Part shown: piece by piece, positions 45,111 to 56,007 of the stretch
Layout: every line of letters starts with the position of its first letter
Position numbering within the stretch: position 1 is the first letter of the stretch
Assembly: GCF_032191835.1 (NCBI RefSeq)
Contig: NC_083239.1
Coordinates: 52,886,001-52,950,000, forward strand
Origin: Heteronotia binoei
Lineage: Eukaryota
Direction: 5' to 3'
DNA length: 64,000 bases
The notes under the pieces: model-generated
What the model saw: only the letters and a program-made list of their open reading frames with translations
Databases searched by the model: none
Told to the model about the DNA's origin: nothing
Position numbers and translations under genes: made by a program

Positions 45111-45653
45111 TTCAGTAGAAGGCAGCTTCATGTGCCGTTCTCCAGATAGGGATGCCACTCTCCAGGTGGAACCTGGGGATCCCCTGGAATTACAGCTCAC
45201 CTCCAGACTACAGAGATCAGTCCCCCTGGAGGAAACGGCAGCTCTGGAGGGTGGGTTTTATGGCACCGTTCCCCCCCCCCACGAGGTCCCAGTCCCCCCC
45301 AGGCTCCATCCCCAAATCTCCAGAAATTTCTCAGCCTGGATCTGGCAACTCTTGCCCCCAGTGTGTCTCTGCGTGGCAGTTTGGGCTGGAGAGGGGAGCA
45401 CAGAGCACCCCCAAGCAGGGGAGGGATTGTAGCTGCCCTCATCAGTCAGACTCCGCCCTCAAAATCTCCAGGTAACTCCCATCCCAGACGGGCAACCCCA
45501 AAGGGGGGGGGGAGGGAGAAAGGCAGAACACCCCCAGGGCCATAGCCAGCGAGGGAGGGGGGTACAGGGACAAAGTCCCCTACAGAATCTGCAGCACCCC
45601 CTCCTAAGCTTCCCTTGTGAAAACTGGGTGGGCATGCTGCAGATTCTGTAGGG

Positions 45654-45794
45654 CAGGGTTGGCCAACGGTAGCTCTCCAGAAGTTTTTTTTTTGCCTACA
45701 ACTCCCATCAGCCCCAGCCAGAACGGCCAATGGCTGGGGCTGATGGGAGTTGTAGGCAAAAAAACATCTGGAGCGCTACTGTTGGCCACCCCTG
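45654..45794. mobile_element. Palindromic hAT MITE
   Basis: TSD ctgtaggg/ctataggg. Confidence 0.85.
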
Positions 45795-46518
45795 CTATAG
45801 GGTGCAGCACCCTTGCGCTCCCCCCGCTGGCTGCGACCCTGAACACAGGTGTGTGTCTGTTTGTGTGTATGTACATGGAGTAGCTGTCCCCCCTCCCTTG
45901 CACAGTCCGGAAAAAGGGCGGGACTCCCATCCGAGCCCCGAGATGGTGAACATGACTTAATGCTCCCTTTTAAAGGTTGCCAAGTCTGAGTTGAAAAATA
46001 CCTACAGAATTTGGGGGTGGATCCAGGAGACGGCAGGGTTTGGGGAGGAGCCTCAGTATGCATGGCCCAAGGCCACAGAATCCAGCTTTCAAAGCAGCCC
46101 TTTTTTTCCAGGAGAGCTGTTTTCTGCCAGCTGGAGATGAGTTGCAAAAAGGTCTCCAGGTCCCGCCTGGAGGCTGGCAACTCTAGCTGGGAGAGAGCGG
46201 GGTTTGGGGAGGGGCCTCGGCATGCATTGTCCAATGCCATACAGTTTGGTGCCCTGGTTAAGTGTGTGGACCTCCTATGTGGGAGAACCGGGTTTGATTC
46301 CCCACTCCTCCACTCGCAGCTGCTGGAATGGCCTCGGGTCAGCCAGAGCTGTTGCAGGAGTTGTCCTTGAAAGGGCAGCTGCTGTGAGAGTCCTCTCAGC
46401 CCCACCCACCTCACAGGGTGTCTGTGGGGGGAGGAAGATAAAGGAGATTGTGAGCCGCTCTGAGTCTCTGATTCAGGGAGAAGGGTGGGGTATAAATCTG
46501 CAGTCTTCTTCCCCCTTC

Positions 46519-47495
46519 CAAGCAGCCCTGGAGACTGGCAACCCTAGCTGGGAGGGGTCAGAGTTTGGGGAGGGGCCTCAGCATGCAAGCTCCAAGGCCC
46601 CAGAGTCCCTCTTTCAAAGCAGCCCTTTTCTCCAGGGGAGCTGACCTCTGCCAGCTACGAAAGCGGGAGATCTCCCGGCCCCACCTGGAGGCTGGCAACC
46701 CTAGCTGGGAGGGGTCGGAGTTTGGGGAGGGGCCTCAGCATGCAAGCTCCAAGGCCCCAGAGTCCCTCTTTCAAAGCAGCACTTTTCTCCAGGGGAGCTG
46801 ACCTCTGCCAGCTACGAAAGCGGGAGATCTCCCGGCCCCACCTGGAGGCTGGCAACCCTAGCTGGGAGGGGTCGGAGTTTGGGGAGGGGCCTCAGCATGC
46901 AAGCTCCAAGGCCCCAGAGTCCCTCTTTCAAAGCAGCACTTTTCTCCAGGGGAGCTGACCTCTGCCAGCTACGAAAGCGGGAGATCTCCCGGCCCCACCT
47001 GGAGGCTGGCAACCCTAGCGGGGAGGGGTCGGAGTTTGGGGAGGGGCCTCAGCATGCAAGCTCCAAGGCCCCAGAGTCCCTCTTTCAAAGCAGCACTTTT
47101 CTCCAGGGGAGCTGACCTCTGCCAGCTACGAAAGCGGGAGATCTCCCGGCCCCACCTGGAGGCTGGCAACCCTAGCTGGGAGGGGTCGGAGTTTGGGGAG
47201 GGGCCTCAGCATGCAAGCTCCAAGGCCCCAGAGTCCCTCTTTCAAAGCAGCACTTTTCTCCAGGGGAGCTGACCTCTGCCAGCTACGAAAGCGGGAGATC
47301 TCCCGGCCCCACCTGGAGGCTGGCAACCCTAGCTGGGAGGGGTCGGAGTTTGGGGAGGGGCTTCAGCATGCATGCTCCAAGGCCCCAGAGTCCCTCTTTC
47401 AAAGCAGCCCTTTTCTCCAGGGGAGCTGACCCCTGACAGCTGGAGATCAGCTGGCAAAGCGGGAGATCTCCCGGCCCCACCTGGAGGCTGGCAAC
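46519..47495. repeat. Near-identical 157-bp tandem repeat (about 6 copies) derived from the ttggcaacccta transposon family
   Basis: Identical ORFs recur at 46565, 46722, 46879, 47036 and 47193. Confidence 0.92.
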
Positions 47496-47607
47496 CACAC
47501 CCCACTCTCCTTGGAGGCGCCTCCCTTAGCTGCTTGGGGCGTGGCCAAGAGGCCCCGCCCCTCCCCGGCTCCCGCGGGGCCCACCCCGCCCTCCTCCATC
47601 CGGGTAC

Positions 47608-47718
47608 CTTGAACTCGGCGATGGTGAGGCCTCGGGCGTAGCGCTTCAGGGCGCGGAAGGCGTTGAGGCTGCTGCTGATGGACACCGAGACCACCGCGGG
47701 GGTCCCCGTCACGCTCAT
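47608..47718 (-). CDS. TBCB: TBCB exon 1 coding part (tubulin folding cofactor B)
   Basis: GCCGCCATG Kozak context, MSVTGTPAVVSVSISSSLNAFRALKRYARGLTIAEFK|gt. The six exons sum to 735 nt, or 244 aa plus stop. Confidence 0.97.
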
Positions 47719-47719
47719 G

Positions 47720-48158
47720 GCGGCCGCTCCTGCTGGCGACCCCGGCCCGCCGCTGCTTTTCGCCTCGCTTCAGAGGCCCCTTCGACGCCCGCCAATCCGC
47801 CGCCAGCTTCTCCCCGCCGCCAGCCAATCGCACCGCGCCTCGGCCCGCCCCTCTCTTTCCGACCAATTGCGTCACGACGCACGCAAAAAAACAACAACCC
47901 GCTATCTCGTTTTGGTGGCTTTCGTCGTGAAGTCGTCTAGGAACTTTGACCAATAACAAGAGGCGGCGGGTGGCGCTTCAGGATCCCGGCCCCAATCGCG
48001 AAGCGCGATGTAGACGAAGCGCCGGGGTTGAAGGCCGGAGGAGGGAGGGCGAGGCTTGGGGCGGGAAATTGCGCATGCGTGCCAGCTTGCGTTTGCTGCA
48101 GGCAGGCGCGAGTCTCTCGGAAGCTTTTGTGCTTTTCTGGCACGAAGTGGGCGCTGCA
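47720..48158 (-). promoter_or_regulatory. TBCB: TBCB CpG-island promoter
   Basis: CpG-dense. CCAAT at 47792, 47824, 47863, 47950 and 47993. TGCGTCAC (CRE-like) at 47868. NRF1-type TGCGCATGCG at 48070. Confidence 0.75.
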
Positions 48159-48674
48159 TAGGGTTGCCAAATCCAATTCAAGAAATATCTGGGGACTTTG
48201 GGGGCGGAGCCAGGAGACATTGGGGGCGGAGCCAGAAGCAAGGCTGTGACAAGCATAATTGAACTCCAAAGGGAGTTCTGGCCATCACATTTAAAGAGAT
48301 CACATACCTTTTCAATGCCTTCCTTCCATAGGAAATAATGAAGGATAGGGGCACCTTCTTTTGGGGCTCATAGAATTGGACCCCCTGGTCCAAACTTTTT
48401 GAAACTTGGGGGGTATTTTGGGGAGAGGCACTAGATGCTATACTGAAAATTTGGTGCCTCTACCCCCCAAAACAGCCCCCCCCAGAGCCCCAGATACCCG
48501 CGGATCAATTCTCCATGATTTTCTATGGGAATAAATCTCCATAGGGAATAATAGAGTTCCCAGCAGACATTTCCCTCCCCTCCCCCCCCCCCCCGCTTTC
48601 TGACGACCCTGAAGCGGGGGGAGGGCCTCTAAACCGGGGGATCCCCTGCCCTCACCTGGGGATTGGCAACCCTG
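48159..48674 (+). mobile_element. hAT-type element (same family as 700-1213) inside the TBCB/POLR2I intergenic region
   Basis: tagggttgccaa..ttggcaaccctg. No TSD seen; the right flank is a PLE fragment. Confidence 0.85.
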
Positions 48675-49279
48675 GAGCAAAGCCATACATAGCTGAGCAG
48701 AGCCATACAGAGCTGGTGGCTATGAATAAAACATGGTACAGATTTAAGAATCAATGATAGTGACCTAAAATGATCTGGTAGGCTGTGGTTTAGAATGTAA
48801 AATGGTGCAATGACAGAATAGTAAAATTAACCAATTGAGCAAACCTTTGCTCTGAGTAGCATGACTGATTTATCAATGCGACTGATTTGTCAATGACTCA
48901 ATAATCAATTCCAATATGGTGAATTGTTTGTCTTGCCAAGATGCTGTTCGCAATATTATTATTGATTACTGAGTCATTGACGAATCAGTTGCAAGATTCA
49001 ATGTTAATACTGATTTAAATAGAATGATATCGATCAGCGTTTTGCATTAGGAGCTTTGTGAATAATAATTTTGTATTTTACGCAGTTCTTTCCAAGCTAC
49101 CAACCTCACCCTGTTTTCCCGTCGTTTTACCACCTGGAGGTTGGCAAACCTATGCAAGCTACCGGGGACAAAAAGCAGGGTGGGGCTGTAACCTGCTTGG
49201 CGTGTATGGATGGCCAAAAGGCCTACATAGATTCTGGATCTCACGCAAAAATAAGAGAGAAAAAGGAATAGTTTTTCAG

Positions 49280-49510
49280 GCTGCTTCGGAACTGGGCGGG
49301 GCGTGAACGCGTTTCACATCGTTATGACTCCTAACGGCTTCCTTAGGCAAAGAAAACCCGGCCCCCTAGCAACCGGGAGGTGCGCCTGCGCAGTCTGAGG
49401 AAAAGAAAGATTCCCTCGAGCGCCGTGGCTAGTTTTGCGCGTGCGCTGTTTTGGGAGTCCCGGCGCCGTTGCGTTCCGCGCGTGCGCCCTCCCGCGACTG
49501 GGCGGTTGCC
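49280..49510 (+). promoter_or_regulatory. POLR2I: POLR2I CpG-island promoter and 5' UTR
   Basis: GC box GGGCGGGGC at 49294, NRF1-type TGCGCCTGCGCA at 49381, CpG-dense up to the ATG. Confidence 0.75.
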
Positions 49511-49569
49511 ATGGAGTCGGAAGGGGCCTATGAGCCGGGCTTCGTGGGGATCCGTTTCTGCCAGGAATG
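49511..49569 (+). CDS. POLR2I: POLR2I (RPB9) exon 1
   Basis: MESEGAYEPGFVGIRFCQE(C)|gtgagg, 59 nt. Confidence 0.97.
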
Positions 49570-49676
49570 GTGAGGCTGCACGGAGTGGGGGGGATGGCTC
49601 TTCCCTCCCCGTCCACAACCCCCTTCGCTCCGGTTCCCTCCATTATGGGGCTTCGTTCCCCAAAACATCTCCCCCC

Positions 49677-50191
49677 TAGGTTGCCAATCCCCAGGTGGGG
49701 ACAGGGGATCCCCTGGTTTGGAGGCCCTCCCCCCGCTTCAGGGTCCTCAGAAAGCAGCGGGGAGGCGAATGTCTGCTGGGCACTCCATTGTTTCCTATGG
49801 AGACCGATTCCCATAGGGTATAATGGAGAATTGATCGTGGGTACCTGGGGCTCTCGGGAGGCTGCTTTTTGAGGTAGAGGCACCAAATTTGCAGCACAGC
49901 ATCCAACACCTCTCCTCAAAAGACCCTCCAAGTTTCAAAAGGATTGGACCCGGGGGTCCAATTCTGTGAGCCCCCAAAGAAGGTGCCCCTATCCTCCATT
50001 ATTTCCAATGGAGAGAAGGCATTTAAAAGGCGTGCTGTCCCTTTAAATGCGATGGCCAGAACCCCCTTTGGAGTTCAACAGTGCTTGTCACACCCTTGCT
50101 CCTGGCTCCACCCCCAATGTCTCCTGGCTCCGCCCCCAAAGTCTCTCGACTCCTCCCCCAGATATTTCTTCAATTGGACTTGGCAACCCTA
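49677..50191 (-). mobile_element. hAT-type element, same family, inverted, in POLR2I intron 1
   Basis: TSD ctcccccc/ctcccccg. Confidence 0.85.
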
Positions 50192-51011
50192 CTCCCCCGT
50201 GGGTCGCCTTTTCTTCTTCCAGACTGGCCTTCGCAGAGGAAAATAAAACGTTGGAGGGGGAGGGGCGCCTTGTTTTTGTATGACTACCAATGTGGAGGGG
50301 GGGGGGCTTGAGTTCTTCCCCCAATTAAAAAAAGGTCAAGGTAGTCCACTGTGCAAGCACCAGTCGTTTCTGACTCGGGGGGTGACGTTGCTTTTGCAAC
50401 GTTTTCACGGCAGACTTTTTACGGGCTGGTTTGCCATTGCCTTCCCCAGTCATCTCCACTTTCCCCCCAGCAAGCTGGGGACTCCTTTGACCGACCTTGG
50501 AAGGATGGAAGGCTGAGTCACCCTGAGCCAGCTACCTGAAACCAGCTTCTGCTGGGATCGAACTCAGGTTGTGAGCAGAGGGCTCCGACTGCAGTACTGC
50601 AGCTTTACCACTCTGCGCCACGGGGCTATTAACCACCATAAAAAGGTAAAGGTAGTCCCTTGTGCAAGCAGCAGTTGTTTCCGACTCCGGGGTGATGTTG
50701 CTTTCACGTTTTCACGGCAGACTTTTGACGGGGTGGTTTGCCCTTGCCTTCCCCAGTCATCCAGTCACAACTGCCTTAATACATAGAGGTTCCCTGTGGG
50801 GTTCTGTAGATCAGGGGTCCCTAATGCGGTGCCTGCGGATGCCGCGGTGCCCACCAACTAATGTTCCCTCTAAGCTACGGAGTCTTGTGAGCAGAAATTC
50901 TAGTTTGTGAGCTACTGGCATTAAAGTTAGATCCAAGCGGGCAGCTGTGTTGGTCTGAAGCAGCTGAACAAAGCAGGAGTCAAGTTTCACCTTTAAGACC
51001 AACCAGTTTTT

Positions 51012-51061
51012 ATTCAGGACGGAAGCTTTCGTGGGCCTGCCCACTTCTTCAGATGAGGAAT
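51012..51061 (-). ncRNA. Second hammerhead-like motif (core intact, proximal helix I mismatched)
   Basis: AUUCCUCAU-CUGAAGA-A-GUGGGC(AG)GCCCAC-GAAA-GCUU-CCGUCCU-GAAU. Confidence 0.45.
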
Positions 51062-51389
51062 GAGGGACAGTAAGCAGAGCCACATATAGCTGGTGGGGTT
51101 TGGAATGCCAGGTGGTACAAAGTTAAAAACCAATAGCAGAATAGTAAAATTAACACATTCAGAAAACCTTTGATCTGGGATGAATTAGGGTGGGAAACCA
51201 TAAAACAGTAATTTGTCAGAATGTGAGAAAGCCTTTTAATTATTCTATTGCTAATAAACCTGGGTCAAAAAGAAGGCCCAAGTTTATTAGTGATAGAATA
51301 ATTAACAGGCATCCTCACATTCTGACATGTTACTGTTTTTTAAAAAATAAAATAAAAATAAGTTTATTTCAATAAACAGATTTAACATT

Positions 51390-52190
51390 CAGGATCATAG
51401 TTTAAACAATAATCAAAATTATGATCCAGTAAACATCCAAATGAACTACAAACAGTGCAAAATCAGGTTGAAAACAAATCAATGCCAGGCCTGTATATTA
51501 TATGCAGTTGAACCAAAATTCCCACAAGAAAAATAATCCAGAAAAGCGGTTCGCTTTGCTAAAATAGTTGACCTTTGATGTGGAGTATGCTTCCCTTCTA
51601 AACAAAATACTTCCAGCATTTGCTTAACCAAGCCACCAATGAAGGAGTTGAATTCTGTCTCCAGTGTAATGCAGTAGCATATTTAGCCACGTTGAGCAGC
51701 AAAGAAATCAACTCCTCCTTTAATTCAGAAAGCCTAAAATCATCCCAAACGTTTAGGAGGCAAATTTGAGGGGATAATGGAATCCCTACTCCCATAATAT
51801 AAAAATTTTCCGTAATGACCTGTGACCAAAATAGAAATCAGTGGACGTGTCCACCGCATATGACCACATCCTCTCCAACACAGAGACCTGAAAACATTGG
51901 GAGTGGAGTGCGATAACTGGGCAGGCGTCAGATACCACCTAGGCAAAACTTTAAACACTTGAGCTCTAATATTAAGGGACTTTGTAGAAAATAACGACGA
52001 AGACTAGATTTCTCTCCAATCCCCACTGGTAAAAGTAATTCCAAGATCTCTTTCCCAGGCCTTTTGATAAGGCAAAGTATCGGGAGGTTTAAATGACCGA
52101 AGCGACATACACGCTTTTGAAATAAGTCCCCTAACAGGTTGGACCTCGTGAAAGAGCACATTTTCAAAGCAGTTCTGGAGTCAGAAGCTG
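51390..52190 (-). mobile_element. Degenerate L1-clade ORF2 C-terminal fragment
   Basis: FKVLPRWYLTPAQL..CWRGCGHM and LLLNVAKYATALHWRQ..AWL. Contains frameshifts. Confidence 0.75.
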
Positions 52191-52291
52191 GAACGTTTTC
52201 TACTGCTTGACCTTTGAGTCACAAATCTTGCCGTGTCCCCCATCACTGGACGTGTGGGAAGCTGATCTGTCGTTTCTCGGTCTCTTAACAG

Positions 52292-52346
52292 CAACAACAT
52301 GCTGTATCCCAAGGAAGACAAAGAGAACAGAATCCTTCTGTATGCT
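52292..52346 (+). CDS. POLR2I: POLR2I exon 2
   Basis: NNMLYPKEDKENRILLYA|gtgagt, 55 nt. Confidence 0.97.
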
Positions 52347-52566
52347 GTGAGTATGGAATGGCCAAAGAGCTGGTGTGCCCACTTAAGGCTCTCTTTTGGG
52401 GATGGTGGCCCGGGACTTCAGGAGCCTTCTTGGCAGAGAGATGGTACCATGCATACCTAGCCTCTGGCAGCTGGAGGTAGACTGTTCCTGAATACGGAGT
52501 TCTGGCTCTCATGACCTGTAGCCACCCAGTAGCCTATCCGCCATCGGTCTTCGTTACTCTTTAAAC

Positions 52567-53383
52567 CAGGCCATAACCAGTTCTGTTATGAGGGCCAGAT
52601 CTGATATAAATGAGACCTTGTTGGGCTGGGCTGGGTTGGGTTGGGTTGGGCCTGGCCATGTTGGGTTGGGTTGGGTTGGGCAGGGCCATGTTGGGTTGGG
52701 CCGGGCCATGTTGGGTTGGGCCAGGTCATGTTGGGTTGGGTTGGGCTGGGCCGGGCCATGTTGGGTTGGGTTGGGCCGGGCCATGTTGGGTTGGGTTGGG
52801 CCGGGCCATGTTGGGTTGGGCCGGGCCGGGCCACGTTGGGTTGGGCTGGCCCATGTTGGGCCGGGCAATGTGTGTACCTATTTAAGATTACATAGCATAG
52901 TTATAAACTTTACAAAGGGCACAGACAAACACAATTAAATAATATTTTATTAAAACTTCAAACGTTATAACTCATTGGTCTTAAAGGTGCTTTCTTTGTA
53001 TCTCTCCCATGGGATCCTGGTAACAGGGCAAAGGAAGCTCTGACTCTTCCTTTCCTTCTCCAGGGGACTGGGAGGGGGAGCCTCAGCCGATAGAAGGAAG
53101 AGAGGCTTGGCTCAGTAGCTCTGCTGTGTGATTGAGAGAGGCTGGAAAAACAAGATCTGCCTCCCCCCCTTCCTCCCAAGAGAGAAGCCTCAGCCAATGG
53201 AGAAAAGAGAGGTTTTGCTCTGTAGCTCCTGTGCGATTGAGCAAGCCTGGCAAAGCAAGCTGTGATGCAGAAGGAAGCAAGAGAGAGGGAGAAGGAAGCA
53301 AATGACAGCCAGTTGCTTGGAGACCTGATAGGAGCCCTCTGGGGACCTGATTCAGCCCCCAGGCTGCATGTTTGACACCCCCG
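52567..53383 (+). mobile_element. hAT-type MITE (family of 8792-9353) containing a G-rich minisatellite at about 52618-52866
   Basis: Perfect 8-bp TSD CTTTAAAC (52559-52566 and 53384-53391). Internal (ttggg/ctggg/ccggg)n-ccatg repeats. Confidence 0.85.
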
Positions 53384-53489
53384 CTTTAAACATTAGTAGC
53401 CACCTGTGGTGGAATTCAAGGTAAGAATATCAGAAGCGCCCTGCTGGATCAGACCAGTGAGGGTCCATCCAGTCCAGCATCCCTCCTCA

Positions 53490-54560
53490 CACAGGATGCT
53501 TGGGGCTCTTAAGCTTGGAGAAACGACATGATAAGAGGTTTACAAGATTATGCATGGGATAGGGAAGGTAGAGAAAGAAGGACTTTTCTCCCTTTCTCAC
53601 AACATGAGAACTCGTGGGCATTCAATGAAATTGCTGAGCAGTTGGGTTAGAACGGATAAAAGGAAGTCCTTCTTCACCCAAAGGGTGATTAACACGTGGA
53701 ATTCACTGCCACAAGAGGTGGTGGCAGCTGCAAGCATAGACAGCTTCAAGGGGGGGCACAGTGGGAAGGCTTCTAGTGTCCTGGCTAATTAATAGGAAGC
53801 AGAGAGTGAGTATAAATGGGCAGTCTTCGCAGTGGAGGACGGTAAGCAGTGGAGTGCCACAGGGCTCAGTACTGGGTCCCAAGCTCTTTAACTTGTTTAT
53901 AAATGATTTGGAGTTGAGAGTAAGCAGTGAAATGGCCAAGTTTGCAGATGACACTAAATTGTTCAGGGCGGTGAGAACCAGAGAGGATTGTGAGGCACTC
54001 CAAAAGGATCTGTTGAGGTTGGGTGCGTGGGCATCAACGTGGCAGATGAGGTTCAGTGTGGCCAAGTGCAAAGTAATGCACATTGGAGCCAAGAATCCCA
54101 GCTACAAATACAAGTTGAACTGGCAGAGACTGACCAAGAGAAAGATCTTGGGGTCGTGGTAGATAACTCACTGAAAATGTCAAGACAGTGTGCGATTGCT
54201 GGGAATTATTAGGAAGGGAATTGAAAACGAATCAGCCAGTATCAAGGTCAAGGTCATTGTGTAAACTGTTTCTGTCGTCTTCTGCATTTGCAACCCTTAC
54301 CAATTCAGTATCATCTGCAAATTTAATAAGCATTCCCTCTATTCCTTCGTCAAAATCATTGGTAAAGATGTTGAACAATACAGGTCCCAGGACAGATCCC
54401 TGAGGCACTCCACTTGTCACTCCTCTCCAAGAGGATGAGGAACCATTCACAAGCACTCTTTGGGTGCCATCTGTCAACCGTCCTATAACCGTGCATTGGA
54501 TTTTCCCTACCTAAATGCAGAACTTTACATTTATCCCTGTTAAAATCCCTTTTATTGGTT
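53490..54560. mobile_element. Rearranged CR1 fragments (plus 53490-54245, minus 54245-54560)
   Basis: SGVPQGSVLGP..KFADDT RT motifs on both strands. Confidence 0.85.
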
Positions 54561-54651
54561 TTAGCTCAGTTTTCCAACCAACCCTGATTAGCTTCTGAGA
54601 TCTGACATGATCAGGCTAGGCCAGGGCATCTCGGTCAGGGCCTGGATCTAA

Positions 54652-54768
<117 letters not shown>

Positions 54769-55609
54769 TGAGTGTTGTCACTGCAGGCTGGGCAGAGTTG
54801 TCACAGTCCCCTGGGGAAAAGGAGCTTGCTTCATGCCGAGCGCCAGGTTTTTTGAGGCTGTGTTCAGTTGCCACAATAAGCTGAGGTTTGCACAACAGGT
54901 TCCGGGTAGTGTATCGCAGTGGTCCCCAACCTTTTTGGCACCAAGGACCAGTTTTGTGGAAGGCGATTTTTCCATGGATCTGGGGGATGGGGCGCGATGA
55001 TTTCAGGATGATACAAATGTGCACTTTGTTTTGGTGTGGTGGTTAAGTGCGCGGTCATATCTGGGAAAACCAAGTTTGATTCCCCACTCCTCTACTTGTA
55101 GCTTCTGGAATGGCTCTGGGGCAATCATAGCATTCAGAGTTGTCCTTGAAAGGGCAGCTTCTGGGAGAGCTCTCTCAGCCCCACCTTACCTTACAGGGTG
55201 TCTGTCGTGTGGGAAGAAGATAAAGGAGATTGTGAGCTGCTCTGAGATTTGGAGTGGAGGGCAGGATATGAATCCAATGTCGTCATCTTCTTATTACTAC
55301 ATTTTAATATATAATGAAATAATTATACAATAAGAGCCCCGTGACGCAGTACTGCAGTCGGAGCCCTCTGCTCACGACCTGAGTTCGATCCCACAGGAAG
55401 CTGGGTTCAGGTAGCCGGTTTGAGGTTGACTCAGTCTTCCGTCCTTCCAAGGTCGGTCAAATGAGTCCCCAGCTCACTGGGGGGAAAGTGAGGAAGGCAA
55501 GGGCAAACCACCCCGTCAAAAAGTGCTGTGAAAACGTTGTGATGTGACGTCACCTCAGAGTCGGAAACGACTGGTGCTTGCACACCTTTACCTTTTTTAC
55601 TGTTTTCAG

Positions 55610-55684
55610 CGAATTGACCCAGATCATCGCCGATGTGTCCCAAGACCCGACTTTGCCCCGGACGGAGGACCACCCCTGTCAGAA
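55610..55684 (+). CDS. POLR2I: POLR2I exon 4
   Basis: [24 protein letters not shown](K)|gtgagt, 75 nt. Confidence 0.97.
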
Positions 55685-55704
55685 GTGAGTTCTTTGCTCT
55701 ATCT

Positions 55705-55844
55705 CAGGGGTGGCCAACAGTAGTTCTCCAAATGTTTTTTTTTTGCCTACAATTCCCATCATCCCCAGCAAGCATGGCCAATGGCTGGGGCTCATGGGAG
55801 TTGTAGACAAAAGACATCTGGAGAGCTACTGTTGGCCACCTCTG
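55705..55844. mobile_element. Palindromic hAT MITE 20 nt after the POLR2I exon 4 donor
   Basis: TSD ctctatct/ctctacct. Confidence 0.85.
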
Positions 55845-55955
55845 CTCTACCTTGTTCAGCATAGCCCAATCTGGAACTCTTTTTAAATTCTTTTGGTTCT
55901 TGGTTTCTCCCCATCCCCTTCTCCACTGATTAGGTTCCTGTTGTCTGCCTTTCAG

Positions 55956-56007
55956 GTGTGGCCACAAGGAAGCGGTCTTTTTCCAGTCCCACAGCGCAAG
56001 GGCAGAG
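55956..56007 (+). CDS. POLR2I: POLR2I exon 5
   Basis: CGHKEAVFFQSHSARAE|gtgagg, 52 nt. Confidence 0.97.

Noticed and set aside
46565-47498. Repeated 66-78 aa ORFs suggesting a tandem gene family
   Set aside because: Products of the 157-bp VNTR with no coding signature.
52618-52866. Interstitial telomere
   Set aside because: The units are TTGGG, CTGGG and CCGGG with CCATG, not TTAGGG, and they lie inside a MITE bounded by a TSD.
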